A stretch of DNA of 64,000 bases from Azolla caroliniana. Lineage: Eukaryota; Plantae; Polypodiophyta. The stretch covers positions 2,728,001 to 2,792,000 of the forward strand of contig JBHGNT010000003.1 of the NCBI GenBank assembly GCA_043228905.1, in the 5' to 3' direction. The notes beneath the pieces are model-generated. The model was not told the origin of the DNA and did not search any database. It was given only the letters and a program-made list of their open reading frames with translations. The translations under genes and the position numbers were made by a program. This document shows, piece by piece, positions 50,850 through 64,000 of this stretch (position 1 is the first letter of the stretch; each line of letters starts with the position of its first letter).

Positions 50850-52130
50850 TTAATTATTGGTAATAGCCACTCTGCAATAATGAGAATGGGAGCAGTAGAA
50901 ACGCCACTAGCAGCGAAATTGTTAGCCATGGCTGAGAAAAATACTTCTCATAGCCATGGAAAGCCCAGGATTCTCATAGTCGTCCAATATATCCCGTGTC
51001 ATGTCGTCCCATTTCTGGCACGCTCGAAGGTCGACATTGGTGCACATGTTGTTCCACATCTTGACCAACTTCTCATCACTGCCCAAGTGATTCTCTATCA
51101 CTTGCGCCTTTGTCAAGATCGTTACATCCTCCGGTGTGTCGATGAGTGAGTCCATGATGAATACATACTTAGTAAACTCACCTCCAGCTTTGGAGGTTTG
51201 TTCATAGGCAAGGAGGTTCCTTAGCACATCCTCTGTCCTGTCATTCACGACAAGCCGTGGAAGATCGAATCGAAGGTTTATTTTGTCATATTTCATCACC
51301 GATATTCTGCCTACAATCGCCCTGAACCGGATGCCAGCTTTCGAGAGCCGAGATGCTGTTGGCTTCACTCCCATTCTTTTGTAATGGTTGCCTACGGACC
51401 CAAACATATAGGCAATCAGGTAGATGATTGCAAAGTCGGAAATCGGGAATTTCAAAACTCTGGACAAACTCTACAGAGAAACTCTGGCTGATAAAGAATG
51501 GATCAGTTATTGCAACAGCATAAAACAATCCTTCCTGGAGTTCATCCCCTTCGGATTTGGGTTTCTTTGGGAATGCTTCAACCAGCTTCTTTAGAAATGA
51601 CATGGGAATTTGGTTGCCCATCACAAACAAGTCCCTGACTGCTTGTTTGAATGTGATGTTATTGTTGCAGATTTTGCGGAACCTGGTGTGTTCCTCACGT
51701 ATGGAATCCCATTCGGTCGGCATAAACAGCAAGAATTCACGAATGACGATGGTATCCACAGTCACCAAAAGTTGGAGGGACTCAGAATTATAATTGGGAA
51801 GGCCTGAATAATGATTGTGAAGATCAGAAGGGTCATAGAAGAGGCGTTCCATGAGGTCTCCTACATCTGATATGTCATGTGCTCTCATGAATTTATTCAC
51901 ACACAGTGCCTTAACATCATAAAGAACAGAGCTCCCACTAAGCATTTCATGCAATGGTCCGATGGTTAGGATCTGAGGCCGATATGACTCTGGCTTGACA
52001 TCGACTAATGCTTTTGGAGGTTTCGAAATCTCCGTAAACAGCTGTGTATCATCATCAGTAGCCTCATTGATCCTTATTCTCATGGCTTCTCTCCATTTTT
52101 CTTCTTTAGCAGAGGATTCAAATTGATCCA
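50850..52130 (-). pseudogene. DUF247-family gene D, multiple frameshifts
   Basis: ORFs 51286-52191 and 50922-51467 plus a broken C-terminus; same motifs as gene C. Confidence 0.85.
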
Positions 52131-52800
52131 TTTCAAGTGTAAGCTTGATTTCCTCATTGATTATAAATTCTTCTTCTTCCTCGGTGGGCACAAACTTGAT
52201 GCTTTCTTCTACAAGTCAAGTATTAGCCCTAGTCTTCTCTTGCAGGAGATAAGAAAAGAGAGAAAATGGTGAGAGATCTAAGAAATTATGCCAGAATCAT
52301 ATATGTATGGAGAGAGAGCATATAATCATGCCATTTTATACATAGAAAGCAAATATTCTATTCCATTTTTCAGTCAATTCCTCTACGATTTCAGAAATCT
52401 CGTGGGGTTTGGATGAGCTGAGTATACCAAGTGAAGTCAAGTCCTTATTTGTAAAGGTTTTATATTACTAAGCCAAACTTGATCTTGATTTTAATGACAA
52501 AGTTTTCCTTTTTTTTGAGGCAAAGTTAGATTTCATTGTGTAACGCTCTGTTGAATTAATGATAGTAACTACAAAAGTGATCAAGAAACATTTGAAAAAA
52601 CAAATAACGATCATATAATTTTTCAGAACTTTTATGAAGTGATTATATAATTTTTCAGAACTTATATGAAATCTCGGATGAGACTTCGGTCTCAAATTAA
52701 CAGAAAGTGGGGTGAATTGACTCAATCATTTACATGTTGTAACTGTTTGATAAGAAATAAGTACAAAAACTAAACTGAAACTTTGCTGGCATTCAAGTAG

Positions 52801-55800
52801 TGTTAGAACATTATTAATGTAAGCAATATATATATTAGGATATTAGAAAATACTTACCATGAATAAAGAACCATGAAGGTTCACATGTAATTGTTTTACT
52901 TCAAGAACCGTGAAGGTTCATATGTAACTGCTTTCCAAGATTGTACCTATATATTTGCCATTAATAAGAATCATTATATAGGTCGTTTTTATACAGAAGC
53001 TTTGTTTTCTGAGAAACTTACATGGCATTAGAGCCAAAAGAATCCTAGCTATCCATTTTCTCTCTTAGCATCCTCTACAGGTCGATCCAGAAGATCTGCA
53101 GAAATGGGTTCGATTGAAGGAACATCAACAGCCTCAACAACATCAACAACACCAACCACAAGAAAGTATTTAATTGAAAAATTAAACTAAAACAACTTCA
53201 GGATGTGGAAATTAAAGATGGAACTCATCCTACAACGAATGGAACTACTTAGAATAATCAAAGGTGAGATCGAACAACCAACCACATGACCTGAAACAAC
53301 AGAATGGAAGATGAAAGATTTGGATGCAAAGGACTGAAATCATCATGCATCTAACAGATAGACAAGTGGATCTTGTCAAACACCTTGAGTCATCTAAAGA
53401 AATGTGGGATCTTCTTAAAGAACACCACGAACCATCAGATCGAACCACAAAAGTCCTTTCATTTCATTACCTCATCACTTTGGAAAAAGAGGATGACTCA
53501 CTTGACACCTTCATCAGTAAATATCAATATGCATATGATACAACAATTTCAGCGGGTAAAAAGATTGATGAAGAAATGAAGGTAGACATTGTGTTTGGAA
53601 CCTTACCAACTTCATGGGGCCCATTTATAGTGATCCATGGGGCTGATCCAACACTTTCTCTACAAAATCTGATCTCCAAGATGAAGCAGGAAAATCTTCG
53701 AAGGAGAAAGCCTCAAAATGTCTCAGACAATCCACACGTGGCAATGATTGCTACGATGAAGTATTAAAGAGGTAACTTTAATAGAAACAAATTCCAAAAC
53801 AATAATAAGTACACAAAGAACATACCAAGTATACATGATGGAAACAAGGTGCACAATAAAAAATCGTTCCAGAATAAAAAATCAGGTGCCCTTAGTATTT
53901 CCTCTCAAATCATTTGTCAATCTTGTGATAAGGCGGGTCACATGAAAAGAGACTGCAGAAAGAAGCAATACGATTACAGGAATAAGAGTAAAAGAAACTC
54001 AGCACATGTTCACACAACCTCAGTACAAAACCAACAAGAAGATAATGACCCTTTTATCCAAGCATTTATGGCAACCAATCAGAACATCAATGTGGAAAAT
54101 TTATGGTTGTTTTATACAGGTGGAACCCATCATCTTACCCATAGTAGAAACCTTCTTCATGATTACATTGAACTTCCTACACCTTTGGAAGTTTGATTTG
54201 GTGACAATGTAATGAAGTTGGGTTTAGGAAAGGGAGCAGTTCATTTGTCAACAGATGATGAGCAAACAATTAGTATATCCAATGTATACTATGTTCCTAG
54301 CTTGGCGAAGAACTTGTTGTTTGTAAGCGAAGAACTTGTTGTTTGTAAATGGTGCAATAATTTAATTTCATCAGAACTGTACAATTATCAAATATACCTT
54401 ACCATCAAGAAAAGTTGTAAAGATAGTGTCTCCCAAACATGGAAGACTTTACCCCATTCCAGCTATGGACAAAACACCAATTAAAACACACAATACCTCA
54501 AGAAACTCTCAAGTTGATCATACTTTTTATGGCATTATCGGCTCAGACATCTACATCCAAGATTCATGAAGACATGTCAAATTCATAAGCTTGGACAGGG
54601 TATGCCAACACAACCATTTACATACCTTTCACTTTGTGAAGGATGTATTTCTAGGAAATAAACGAGACAGAAGTTTCCTTTGAGCAAACGCAGATATGAA
54701 AGAAAGTTGCAGTTAGTACATTCGGACTTGTGTGGTCCATTCCAAAAGAAATCAATTTCCGGTAATCACTATTTCATTTCATTCATCGATGAGTTTAGTA
54801 GATTTACCATGCTTTATTTTTTAAAGAAAAAGTCTGAAGCATTCCAAGCCTTTACCTATTATAAATCCATGGCTGAAAACCAATGTCAAAGTAAAATCAA
54901 CAATGTTAGGTCAGATAATGGTGGAGAATATGTCTCAATTGAATGACAGAATTTCTGCAATGTACATGGCATCAGACATGAGTTCAATGTACCACACAAC
55001 CCACAACAAAACAGAGTGGCAGAAAGAGAGAATAGAACACTACTAGATGCAAGTAGAAGCATGTTGCAAGTGGCAGGACTTGAACATCGGTTTTTGCAAG
55101 AGGCAGTAGCTACATCATGCTATTTACAAAACAGATCACCACACAAAGTGCTAGTTCTGCACATGCCATACATGTTTTGGTTTAGACATAAACCAAAATT
55201 TTCAAATTTAAGAGTGTTTGGTTCGATTGCATATAGTCACATACCACAAGAGAAAAGGAAGAAGTTGGATCCACATGCGAAGAAATGTATCATGGTTGGA
55301 TATGGTGAGGTTGTAGGTGTGAAAGGATACAAACTATTTGATCCTAGCAATCAAAAGTTTATATTTAGTAGGTCTGTGGCATTTGATGAAGATGCTCTAT
55401 TCTACAATAGTGAATTGTCACATTGTAAAATGGAAATGAAAGACATGCATAATCAATTGCATGTGAACAATGGAAATGACTTGAGAAAAGAAAGAAGACA
55501 TATTGAAGAACCTCTGAGAATGGAGGAGAACACAAACCTTGAAATGACATTAGTAGAGTGGCAACAACCAACAGTTTCAACAGTGACAACGACAGTTCTG
55601 GTGGCAACAACAAAAGTTCCTACGATAACATCAACAGTTCCAAAGGTGCTTTCGACAGGACAAACAACAACAACAACAACAGGTCCTATATTTGCCACCA
55701 CAATTCCAAAGATGGATCGTGCATCTACATCGACACCCTTCTCAGTTGTAAACAATAATGACACAATAATCAGAAATGATGGTGAACCAATATCCCATTA

Positions 55801-56033
55801 CTCAACTTATGAAACAATTGATTCTACAACAAATCTTGAAAACTCAGGAAAATCTTGGCATTCTCCCGCTGATTCAAATTTTGGGTTCCATTTTAATACA
55901 AATTTTACATCCCCTAAAGATGTTTCCTCAGTTTCCTTCCATTTGGAGCCAAATCTTGATCTTGAATCGCTTGACGATGAAGATGCTTACCCTCGTCTTC
56001 CCACAAGGAGATCTAAGTTTAGAAGCTTGAAAG
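52801..56033 (+). mobile_element. Copia-4: 5' LTR 52801-53022, degenerate PBS 53023-53035, gag to integrase; interrupted by Gypsy-A
   Basis: TGTTAG..CTTACA then TGGCATTAGAGCC; CQSCDKAGHMKRDC; HSDLCGP; RSDNGGEY; many stops. Confidence 0.88.
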
Positions 56034-57442
56034 TGTTACCGGCCGGCAAAGGAGTCCAGAGTGGGAAACAGAGAGTTATTTAAGTAGTAGGAATGTGGTT
56101 GTAATTAAGCTATGAGTGTGGACGGACGGACCGGAACGGTATGCCGTTCCGGATCCGGACCGATCCCGAACAGGTGCGGATGGCACCGTTTTGTAATACA
56201 GACCGAAAACCTATTTAAAGGCCCGGATACAATGTAATCAGGAGCAGTTAATTAATGAAAGCTTAAGCGTTGTTATCTCTCTATGTTAATTGTCGTTCTG
56301 TCTTAATTGTTATATCTTACGCGTGTGTTATGAAAGACGATCATAATAAGTAACTTAATCAAGTAGGATTAAGCGTTGAAGTCTAATCCGCTTGCCGTAA
56401 CACCCTTTGGGGAAGTGTCTTCCGTAGACACCCTCTGTTAGGCCATTGTCCGGCCCTAAGAGTTAACATAGTTTTTGGCGACCACGATTCCTGTTTTTGC
56501 AGCGAACGACGGCACGGATGGATGTCTAGATCAACGCACGACCTGGTTACAGATCGAACTCGACGTCTTGCCGAAAGGCAAAGGAGACGCGAGGCTTTCC
56601 AGCAAGAGGTGCAGGAAATTAGAGCCGATCGCTCGTTTTCCAACGTAATCCGAAGAGTAGCGGAGGACTCCCTCTGGTTACAGCAAACATCACACTCGGA
56701 CGACGGCAGCAGCCTAAGCAGCCTCCAGGAAACGGAATCCCTTCTCCACGCGTTGGCAAATGGAGAAGGCGAAACAGAAGCCTTTTCAGCATATGAATTG
56801 GACTCCGAAGGGGAATACAGCGTGTAGACGAACTACTGTAGCAGCAACGAAACCCCGGGCGGACCGGAGGACGAAGGATCGGATACCTTACCGACACCGG
56901 AACCGGAAGTGCTAACGCTGGAACCCCCGGAACCAGCAGAGGAAGAGCGACCTCCGACACCGGAAGTCGAAGAGGAGAGGCCTCCGTCACCAAAGGAAGA
57001 GGAAAAACAACCGACGCCTGAAAAAATTCCGGAACGAGCACCAACACTACCAGCCCGCGCACCGATACCGAACGACGACATGTCGTTCCAGTACTCCAAG
57101 TATAGAGATGATCCGGACGCGGAAGCTCATGGGCACGCCTTTGAACAGACATGGGAAGTCAACCATGTGTCCCACCGATTGACCCCGGAGGAAGAAGAAC
57201 GCTCTAAGATAGCGGAATTTGGCGTCACATTGGACGGACTGGCAGCAAGATGGCGCCGGACGCAGGACCCGTCTACCATCAACACTTTTGTAGATTTAAA
57301 AGCTAAATTCTTGCATTTTTTTCAAAAGGAGGTAGACCAGACCGTAATGGTAGGCTTATTTTATACCATCCAGTAAGAGGCAGGGGAGAGTATTCCCCAA
57401 TTTGTCATCCGGTTTCAACGGATGCATAGTCAGCTTGCCCGC
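56034..57442 (+). mobile_element. Gypsy-A (probable): 5' LTR 56034-56468, PBS about 56476-56485 (TGGCGACCAC, tRNA-Arg-like), gag fragment; interrupted by Gypsy-B
   Basis: TGTTA..TTAACA termini; gag-like DPDAEAH..F..TL.G.AARW..TF.DLKAKFL..F. Confidence 0.75.
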
Positions 57443-57974
57443 TGTCGTGAAGATTTTCGGCAATAGTGTGAAAATCCCATAAAACGTACAAAATCGAGTA
57501 TGAATCATGTAATACAATAATTGTGAAGATAACATTTTTAATATCTAAGTACAAAATGATGGAGGTTTCGAATGCACTTTATTACACGAGAAATGGACAA
57601 CTAAATGTCAAGATATGAGGGTATAAAGTTTGTGAAAAGAAAAGAGAAAATTGTGAGATATCCCACATAGGCACGACAAATACGGCTCTCATCATATATA
57701 AGGTGGAGCAAAAGATATTATCTTTGTGTCTATGTATGGAGCATTGAGAGTTCAAGGTAACTTGAACTTAGAGTGGAGGTGGCTAGCTACTCGAAAAGGG
57801 TTTTGGCCAACCAAAACCAAACCGGCGATGGAGCCGGTGATCCGACCGCAATCCGGCGGCGGCATGCGGCACCAGTTTCCGGCGTCGACGGCGGCACCGG
57901 TATCCGGCGTCGGCATCCGGCGACTAGATAAAATAAATATATAAAAATATATACATATTTTACATATACAAGGA

Positions 57975-58042
57975 GGGCAAGTATAGATTCAAACCTTGCA
58001 CCTCCAAGTTAGGAGTCAAATGGCTTACCATTAAGCCATAGT
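57975..58042 (-). other. tRNA-like (Pol III A/B box) segment inside the Gypsy-B LTR
   Basis: Minus strand TGGCTTAATGGTAAGCCA (A-box/D-arm), CTCCTAA loop, GGTTTGAATCT (B-box-like). Confidence 0.5.
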
Positions 58043-58506
58043 ATTTAGTTGAAATTATATTTCTATCATTGTAGTTTTACATGTAAATTCTCATCCATGA
58101 GTGCTAAAATGAGTGACATGGTTAGCATGCACCACATGTAATACTTAAGCGCCAAATGGCAAACATGGAATTTATGCATGTCTTGTACCCTCACATGCAT
58201 CATATGCATGAGAGCATCTATAAAAGAGGGAAGGGGGAGGAGAAAAACACGGTTTTTTTTATGAAAATTAAGAAGAAGAAATTCGTTATCAAATCAATCG
58301 TGTAATCTCATCTTCTCTCTTTCCCAATCTATCTTAAGTACTTTCTCGCCAAAGCTTGTATCGACTCTAAATCCTTCTTGTCCAGAACCCCGGCGGTTCC
58401 GCCTCACGATCCGCGCGTAGTGACGGATCTTCACGACATAATAAAGTGGTGAACCCGACGTGAAAGAGGCGGTAGGAAGGATCAAGTCGAGATTAATACT
58501 TGGAGA

Positions 58507-60704
58507 TGGCGTCCTCAAGCAACCAAGCAGGAGAGCTCGAAAGGATGATGCTAATCGTCGAGCAAATGATGAGATCTCGGGACAACGACGCGAGCGTGGA
58601 GAAGGCTGTCGATCGTGTCGTAGAGCTCGAGGGCCAATTTGATGGAAGGAACGTTACAAAGTTCCTTGATGCATATAAGAGGGAGATGAATCAAAGGGAC
58701 GTGTCCGAGGCACGTCAAATCGCAAGCTTCAAGAGAGTTGTCGCCAACAACATCCAAAGACGCGACATCGAGCTTCAAGAAGGAAAGACAACATGGTCCG
58801 AGTTCGAGAAAACGATACTAGCGGAGTTCGTGACTGAAGACTCAACGAGGATGACTCGACATGCCCTGATGAAGTGAATAGAGAAGAAGAATAAGAAGAT
58901 GAGCGTCTCGAAGGTGTACGACGAATTCGACCAGATGTTTAGTCGTCTCCCCAATACGGACCAAGTGTTGCTTGAAGAGGACAAGACTTTGTACTTCTTG
59001 AAGGCCGTGGATATAAAGGATAGACGGGAGTTGGGGACTCTTCTCGAAGATGATACCCAAGCAAATGGGCTCGTAGCGGACTGGATCGCGGTGAAGCGGG
59101 CATGCAATAGGCTCGACAAGCGTCGCCAATGGGTTGATGACACCGACTTGACGGGACCGACTACCACGGAGAAAGCAAGACCGCCAAAAGTAGTTGAGCC
59201 GCCAAGACAAAGTAACGTGGAAGAAAAGAAGATTGATGATGACATCATTGAAGAGCTAGCGAAGAAGTTCGAGAAGGTCACTCTAGCCAACATGAATCGT
59301 CGGGGCCCTAAAGGAAAAGAACCCTTTAGATGCGTGTGGTGCGATAGCATGGACCACATGAGAAGGGATTGTGCAAGCCTTCGAGAGGCGATTTGACAAA
59401 ATATCGTATACATAGAGGACAACATGATCTGCTCAAGCGAGACTAGAAGACCCCTACGGGTGAATTTCGGAAGAGGAGGAATGAAGAAATCTATGGAGGA
59501 TGCGGATGCGACTCATGTGGATGCGATGCACTATGCTGCGTCAGCCGGAATAAGAGTCGGGAAAGACAAGACTGAAGCTGCTAGAGCGGGAGCAAAGTTT
59601 TGGACTTCCGTTCTCGAATATGAGAAGAAGGGAAAAGTCACATCGAACGAGGTAGAGCTTGCGGACCGAAACGTGCAAAGCATAATCGGGTGGTCGGATC
59701 CGGTGGACGACAACACCATACTCGCAAAGGTGATGTGCGACAACCACGAGGTGTTCGTCGAAGAAAAGAGAAAGAGAATTGAAGAGCAAGGCCCATCAAA
59801 AAGACATGAAACAAGGAACGGGAAAAAGAAGGACGATGCGGAGACGAGTCGACCTTTACAAACGGAGGAACGAGAGTTAAGCCGAAAAGGGGAGCCGAGC
59901 ATACGAGTTGAAGAAACGGTTCGGCCCGTGAACGTTGGTGTTGAAGAACCCACTCGGAGGACAAGGACCATACCTACCTATAAGCTAAGGTCGGACATAG
60001 AGCAGACGACGGACCTAAAGAAGATTCTCGAAGAACGAGTTCTTGATAGCCATGTAACTTTGTCCTTGAGGGAATTGCTTGGCATTACGAAGAAGGAGTT
60101 CCATGACACGATTGTGGACCTTGTAAAGAGAAAGAGACAACAATAGGACGAGGAAGAAGAGAAGCCGCAGAAAGCAAAAACGAATGCCATAACGATGGCA
60201 AGAGACGAAATCGATGAAGATATGGTGGACAACCACTACACTCGACCGCATTGGGCACGAGCGACAACGGAGACGCCGGTAAAGATCGGGGAGAAGAAAG
60301 AGACCGTTGTAGCCTTGATCGACCACGGCTCGGAGATCAACCTTATGTCAACCGACTTCTACAAAAAGGGAAGATGGCCAATCAATACAAACCACGGATG
60401 GAAGATTCGCGCGGCAACAAAGTCTACGGAGGACTTGTACGGAGCTTGTCCCAATGTCAAAGTCACGATCGGGGATGTGGAGATGGATCAACACTTCTTC
60501 GTACAAGAATCGGCGTCGCATCCTGTGATCCTAGGGCAACCTTATATCACATCATCTCGGATGGAGACCAAAGTGTTCGATAATGGAGCAGCCTTCGCAC
60601 GAATAAAGAGTCTTGACAACCAAAGATCGGTCCAATTCCTAACAGTGCGAGCCAATCATGAAAGGAATCGAGATAGTCTCGGAGGCGAATCCTCGGATTT
60701 TTAG
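58507..60704 (+). pseudogene. Gypsy-B gag-protease (premature stops)
   Basis: FDGRNVTKFL, Zn knuckle CVWCDSMDHMRRDC, protease ALIDHGSEIN..ILGQP. Confidence 0.85.
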
Positions 60705-60757
60705 AGCGGACTATTGAAGCATGGGGCACAAATAGTCCGAGCAATCACAAGACCCCA
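60695..60757 (+). promoter_or_regulatory. Putative -1 programmed ribosomal frameshift signal (GGATTTT + H-type pseudoknot)
   Basis: G GAT TTT TAG; stem CGGACTATT/AATAGTCCG at 60707-60715/60731-60739; loop TGGGG can pair with CCCCA 60753-60757; the -1 frame is open into RT. Confidence 0.75.
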
Positions 60758-63700
60758 CAAGAAAGAAGAGCGCGTGGATTGCAAGGAGAAGCAACATGTG
60801 TCACACCTAGTGGCGCATGTAAACTAGTACTACCCGACAAGAAACACAAGCGCCGGATACAAGAATTCGAGAAGATGTTGAAAGAAGAGAACATAATAGA
60901 AGAAGGGGAGTTCGTGACTCATATTATGGAAGAAGCCTCATTTAACGACACCATCGGCGAAATCGAGGACGTCGTGGACTTGAGCTATCTTCACAACCAA
61001 TGCGTGATTTCGGTTAACTCTGTCAACATGTACGCTATCATCGATGAATACCGTCGTGGCATCTCGATGAAGGAAGCTGACATCAACACGAAATATAAAA
61101 CGGTGGATAAGAAGATCAAGCCAATTGCGGTTCCGCTACCGGAAGATAGCTGGCAAAAGATGAAGGAAGTCGCTAACGATCCAAGCTTAAGAGATCCGAA
61201 GAAGATAGGTCAGGACTTCACCAAAGAGACGAAGGGGAAGCTACGAGTTGGAAAGGAGGATTTCCTTCTCCCTGAAGAGGAGCGAATGTTTCGCGATATG
61301 CTTGAGAGACATCGGAGGGCTTTCGCATTCTTCCCACGAGAAATCGGATGCGTCGACCCAAAGGTTATAGAGCCAATGGTGATCTTCACAGTGCTTCATG
61401 TGCCTTGGAATTTGAAACCGATACCGGTTCCAAGAGCACACCTTCGGAAGCTGATCGAGCTCTTAAAGGAGAAGGTGAGTATGGGAATTCTAGAACCGTC
61501 GAATGCTCCTTATTCCAATAGGTGGTTCACGGTGCCGAAGAAGAATGGATCATTGCGATTCATCCAAGATCTTCAACCCGTCAACAAGGTGACAATTCGA
61601 AATGCCGGAATCAGTCCGAGCGTGGACGAATTTGCCGAAGCGTTTGCGGGCCGGTCCATCTACTCCATTGGCGATCTCTACTCTGGATATGACCAATTCC
61701 AATTGGCGATTGACAGTCGGGACATTACAACCATGAGGACTCCGATCGGGCTTGTGCGGATGTGTACCTTACCCCAAGGCGCAACGAACTCGGTGGCTCA
61801 TATGGTGAATGCCATGAATAAAGTCTTGAAGGATTGCATTCCGGACATCACGATGCCATTCTTGGATGATATTCCGATAAAAGGATGTTCGAATGAGGAG
61901 AAAGATGAATCGAAAGATAGGGAAGGTTGTAGAAAGTTCGTTGCGGATCATATGAAAGATTGCGAGAAGGTGCTTCAAAGGCTCGAAGATGTGAATTTGA
62001 CATTTTCGGGAGAAAAATCCGCATTCGGGCAACCGGAGATCTTGGTGGTAGGTCACTTGTGTGGAGCATACGGCCGGAAGCCCTCGCCATCCAAAGTGAA
62101 CGCAATCCAAGACATGAAAGAAGAATGCGAAAACCAAACGGAGGTTCGAAGGTTCCTTGGAGCGTGCGCGTTTTATCATATATGGATTCCTCACTACGCT
62201 CATGTCGCCGAACCGTTATATGGACTACTAAAGAAAAGAATAAAGTTCGAATGGCGAGACGAGCACACAGAGGCGATGCGAAGATTAAAGAAACTGCTTC
62301 TTGAAGCTCCGGCACTAAGGAAGGCCGACTATGCCGAAGGGAAACCAATTTATGTGACCGTAGATACGAGCCCAACCGGAATCGGGTGGGTCATCAATCA
62401 AGAAGGTGAAGATAATGCGTGATATGCCGTCCGGTTCGGAGCAAAGGTTCTCAGCGAACGACAACAAAGATATGCCCAAGTCAAGCGGGAACTTTGGGGT
62501 ATTGTGTCGGCAGTGAAGACGGACAAAGATTACCTGATCGGATCAGAAGTGATAATAGAGACAGATTGTCTCCCAATTCTCGGAATGGTCTCGGGATGTG
62601 CGACCCTAGATCTTGCTATGCTAAGGTGGATCGCCTACATCAAGTCTTTAAACCCAGAGATCCATCACATCGCCGGGAAGAAGAACGCCATGGCTGACAT
62701 GCTGTCGAGGGCAAGATTTTCAAATGGAAGTAACATGGTTTCGGAAGATGAAGATGTCGCCCTCGACTTCTTCAAGATGGCTCGATTGTCGGCGGAAGAC
62801 CAGGACACGCAAACCCTCCACGCCTTCAACGAGAATGAGTACGAAGGAGAATGGTTACTCATCGGTAGATTCCTAAGAACATTGACGACAGATGCTTCGT
62901 TGACAAAGGAGGAGGCCCTACGAATCCGAAAGAAAGCTTACCGATACTTCTTGAAGGGAGGATTCCTTTGGCGACATCCAAAAAGAAGGAAAGGAATACC
63001 ACGTCGAGTGGTGGTAAAGAAAGAAGAGCAAGAGACGCTGATGACCGAATTCCACGAGAGTGCTTGGGCAGGTCATAGAGGAACATGGGCGACGTTCGAA
63101 AAGTTGAAGGAGAAGTACTAGTGGCCAAGCATGTACAAAGATGTACTCCATTTCGTGTCCACATGCGAAACTTGCCAAGTATATTCAAATATACGTCATC
63201 GTGATGAGTTAAAGCCGACATACCCACTCACCATTCACTTCAAATGGATGGTGGATCTGGTCTCGATGCCAATGGGAGTGGGACAAATGAAGTACTTAGC
63301 GCTCGCAAGGGAAGACTTGACAAATCAAGTGGAAGGACGAGCCTTGACAAATAAGACGACTTCAGCTGTTTGTAAATTTTTACTTGAAGATGTTGTTTGC
63401 CGATATGGATGTGTAGGGAAGATAGTGGCCGACCGAGGGGAGTTGGACGCGCACGAAGCGACGGAGCTCTTCGAAAGACTAGGCGTGAAGCTCTCCCTCA
63501 CGACTACCTACAATCCGGAAGCAAATGGGAAGATCGAGCGAGGGCATGGACCTATCGTTAAAGCCATCGTACGGGCATGCAACGGTCGAGTCGGGAATTG
63601 GCCACGACTATTACCCTATGCCTTGTGGGCCGATAGAACGACACATAGCTCGGTAACAGGGTATATGCCGACGGAGCTTATGTATGGACAAAAGCCGATT

Positions 63701-64000
63701 ATGCCCATCGAAAGGACGATCGCCTCATGGGTAGCGATACCGTGGGAGAACGAGATGAGCCGAGAAGAGTTATTAGCGGCGCGGATAAGGCAACTTGAAA
63801 GAAGACCTGAAGATTTAGAAAAAGCGCGAAAGATGATGAAGGCAGCCCGAGTAAAGAACAAAGTTCGGTTCGACAACACGCATCGACTTCGTCCCAAGAA
63901 GATTGAAGAAGGGGATTGGGTTTTGGTTTACGACAGCACCCTTGACAATCAACATAGTACAACAAGGAAGTTCGCAAGAAAATGGTTCGGGCCGTATGTG
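60695..64000 (+). pseudogene. Gypsy-B pol (RT-RNaseH-integrase), in the -1 frame relative to gag-pro
   Basis: LRFIQDLQPVN, LPQGATNS, FLDD, TVDTSPTGIG, GHRG, integrase core; stops at 62420 and 63119. Confidence 0.9.

Larger units (their letters stand above)
57443..64000 (+). mobile_element. Gypsy-B: Ty3/Gypsy element running off the window; 5' LTR 57443-58438, tRNA-Trp PBS 58447-58464
   Basis: LTR has 12-bp terminal IR TGTCGTGAAGAT/ATCTTCACGACA; domain order gag-PR-RT-RH-IN. Confidence 0.93.

Noticed and set aside
57975-58042. Functional tRNA-Arg gene
   Set aside because: Acceptor and anticodon stems pair poorly and the B-box is degenerate; kept only as a tRNA-like segment.

Overview
Eukaryotic plant nuclear DNA, probably from a non-seed land plant judging by the Gypsy RT type (inference). 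The window is a heavily nested transposon landscape around a tandem cluster of DUF247-family genes: one intact copy, three frameshifted copies and a 5' remnant. It holds at least five Ty1/Copia and two or three Ty3/Gypsy-type LTR elements or fragments, a MITE and microsatellites. The standout is two diverged copies (4469-13567 and 22770-36434) of a TIR DNA transposon with 35-36-bp TIRs starting AACACG and 4-bp TSDs, each inserted into Copia coding sequence. Each copy carries two divergent genes: a Sola-like DDD transposase, and a six-exon gene encoding a ParB/Srx-like domain fused to a prokaryotic-type beta-class amino (N6A/N4C) DNA methyltransferase. The first intron of the methyltransferase gene holds a regularly spaced array of a 23-bp palindrome (AACTCGATACG-N-CGTATCGAGTT), conserved in both copies and suggestive of parS-like sites. 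The last Gypsy element has a tRNA-Trp PBS, a tRNA-like segment in its LTR and a likely -1 frameshift signal with a pseudoknot. All family assignments come from motif recognition by eye; no database searches were run.
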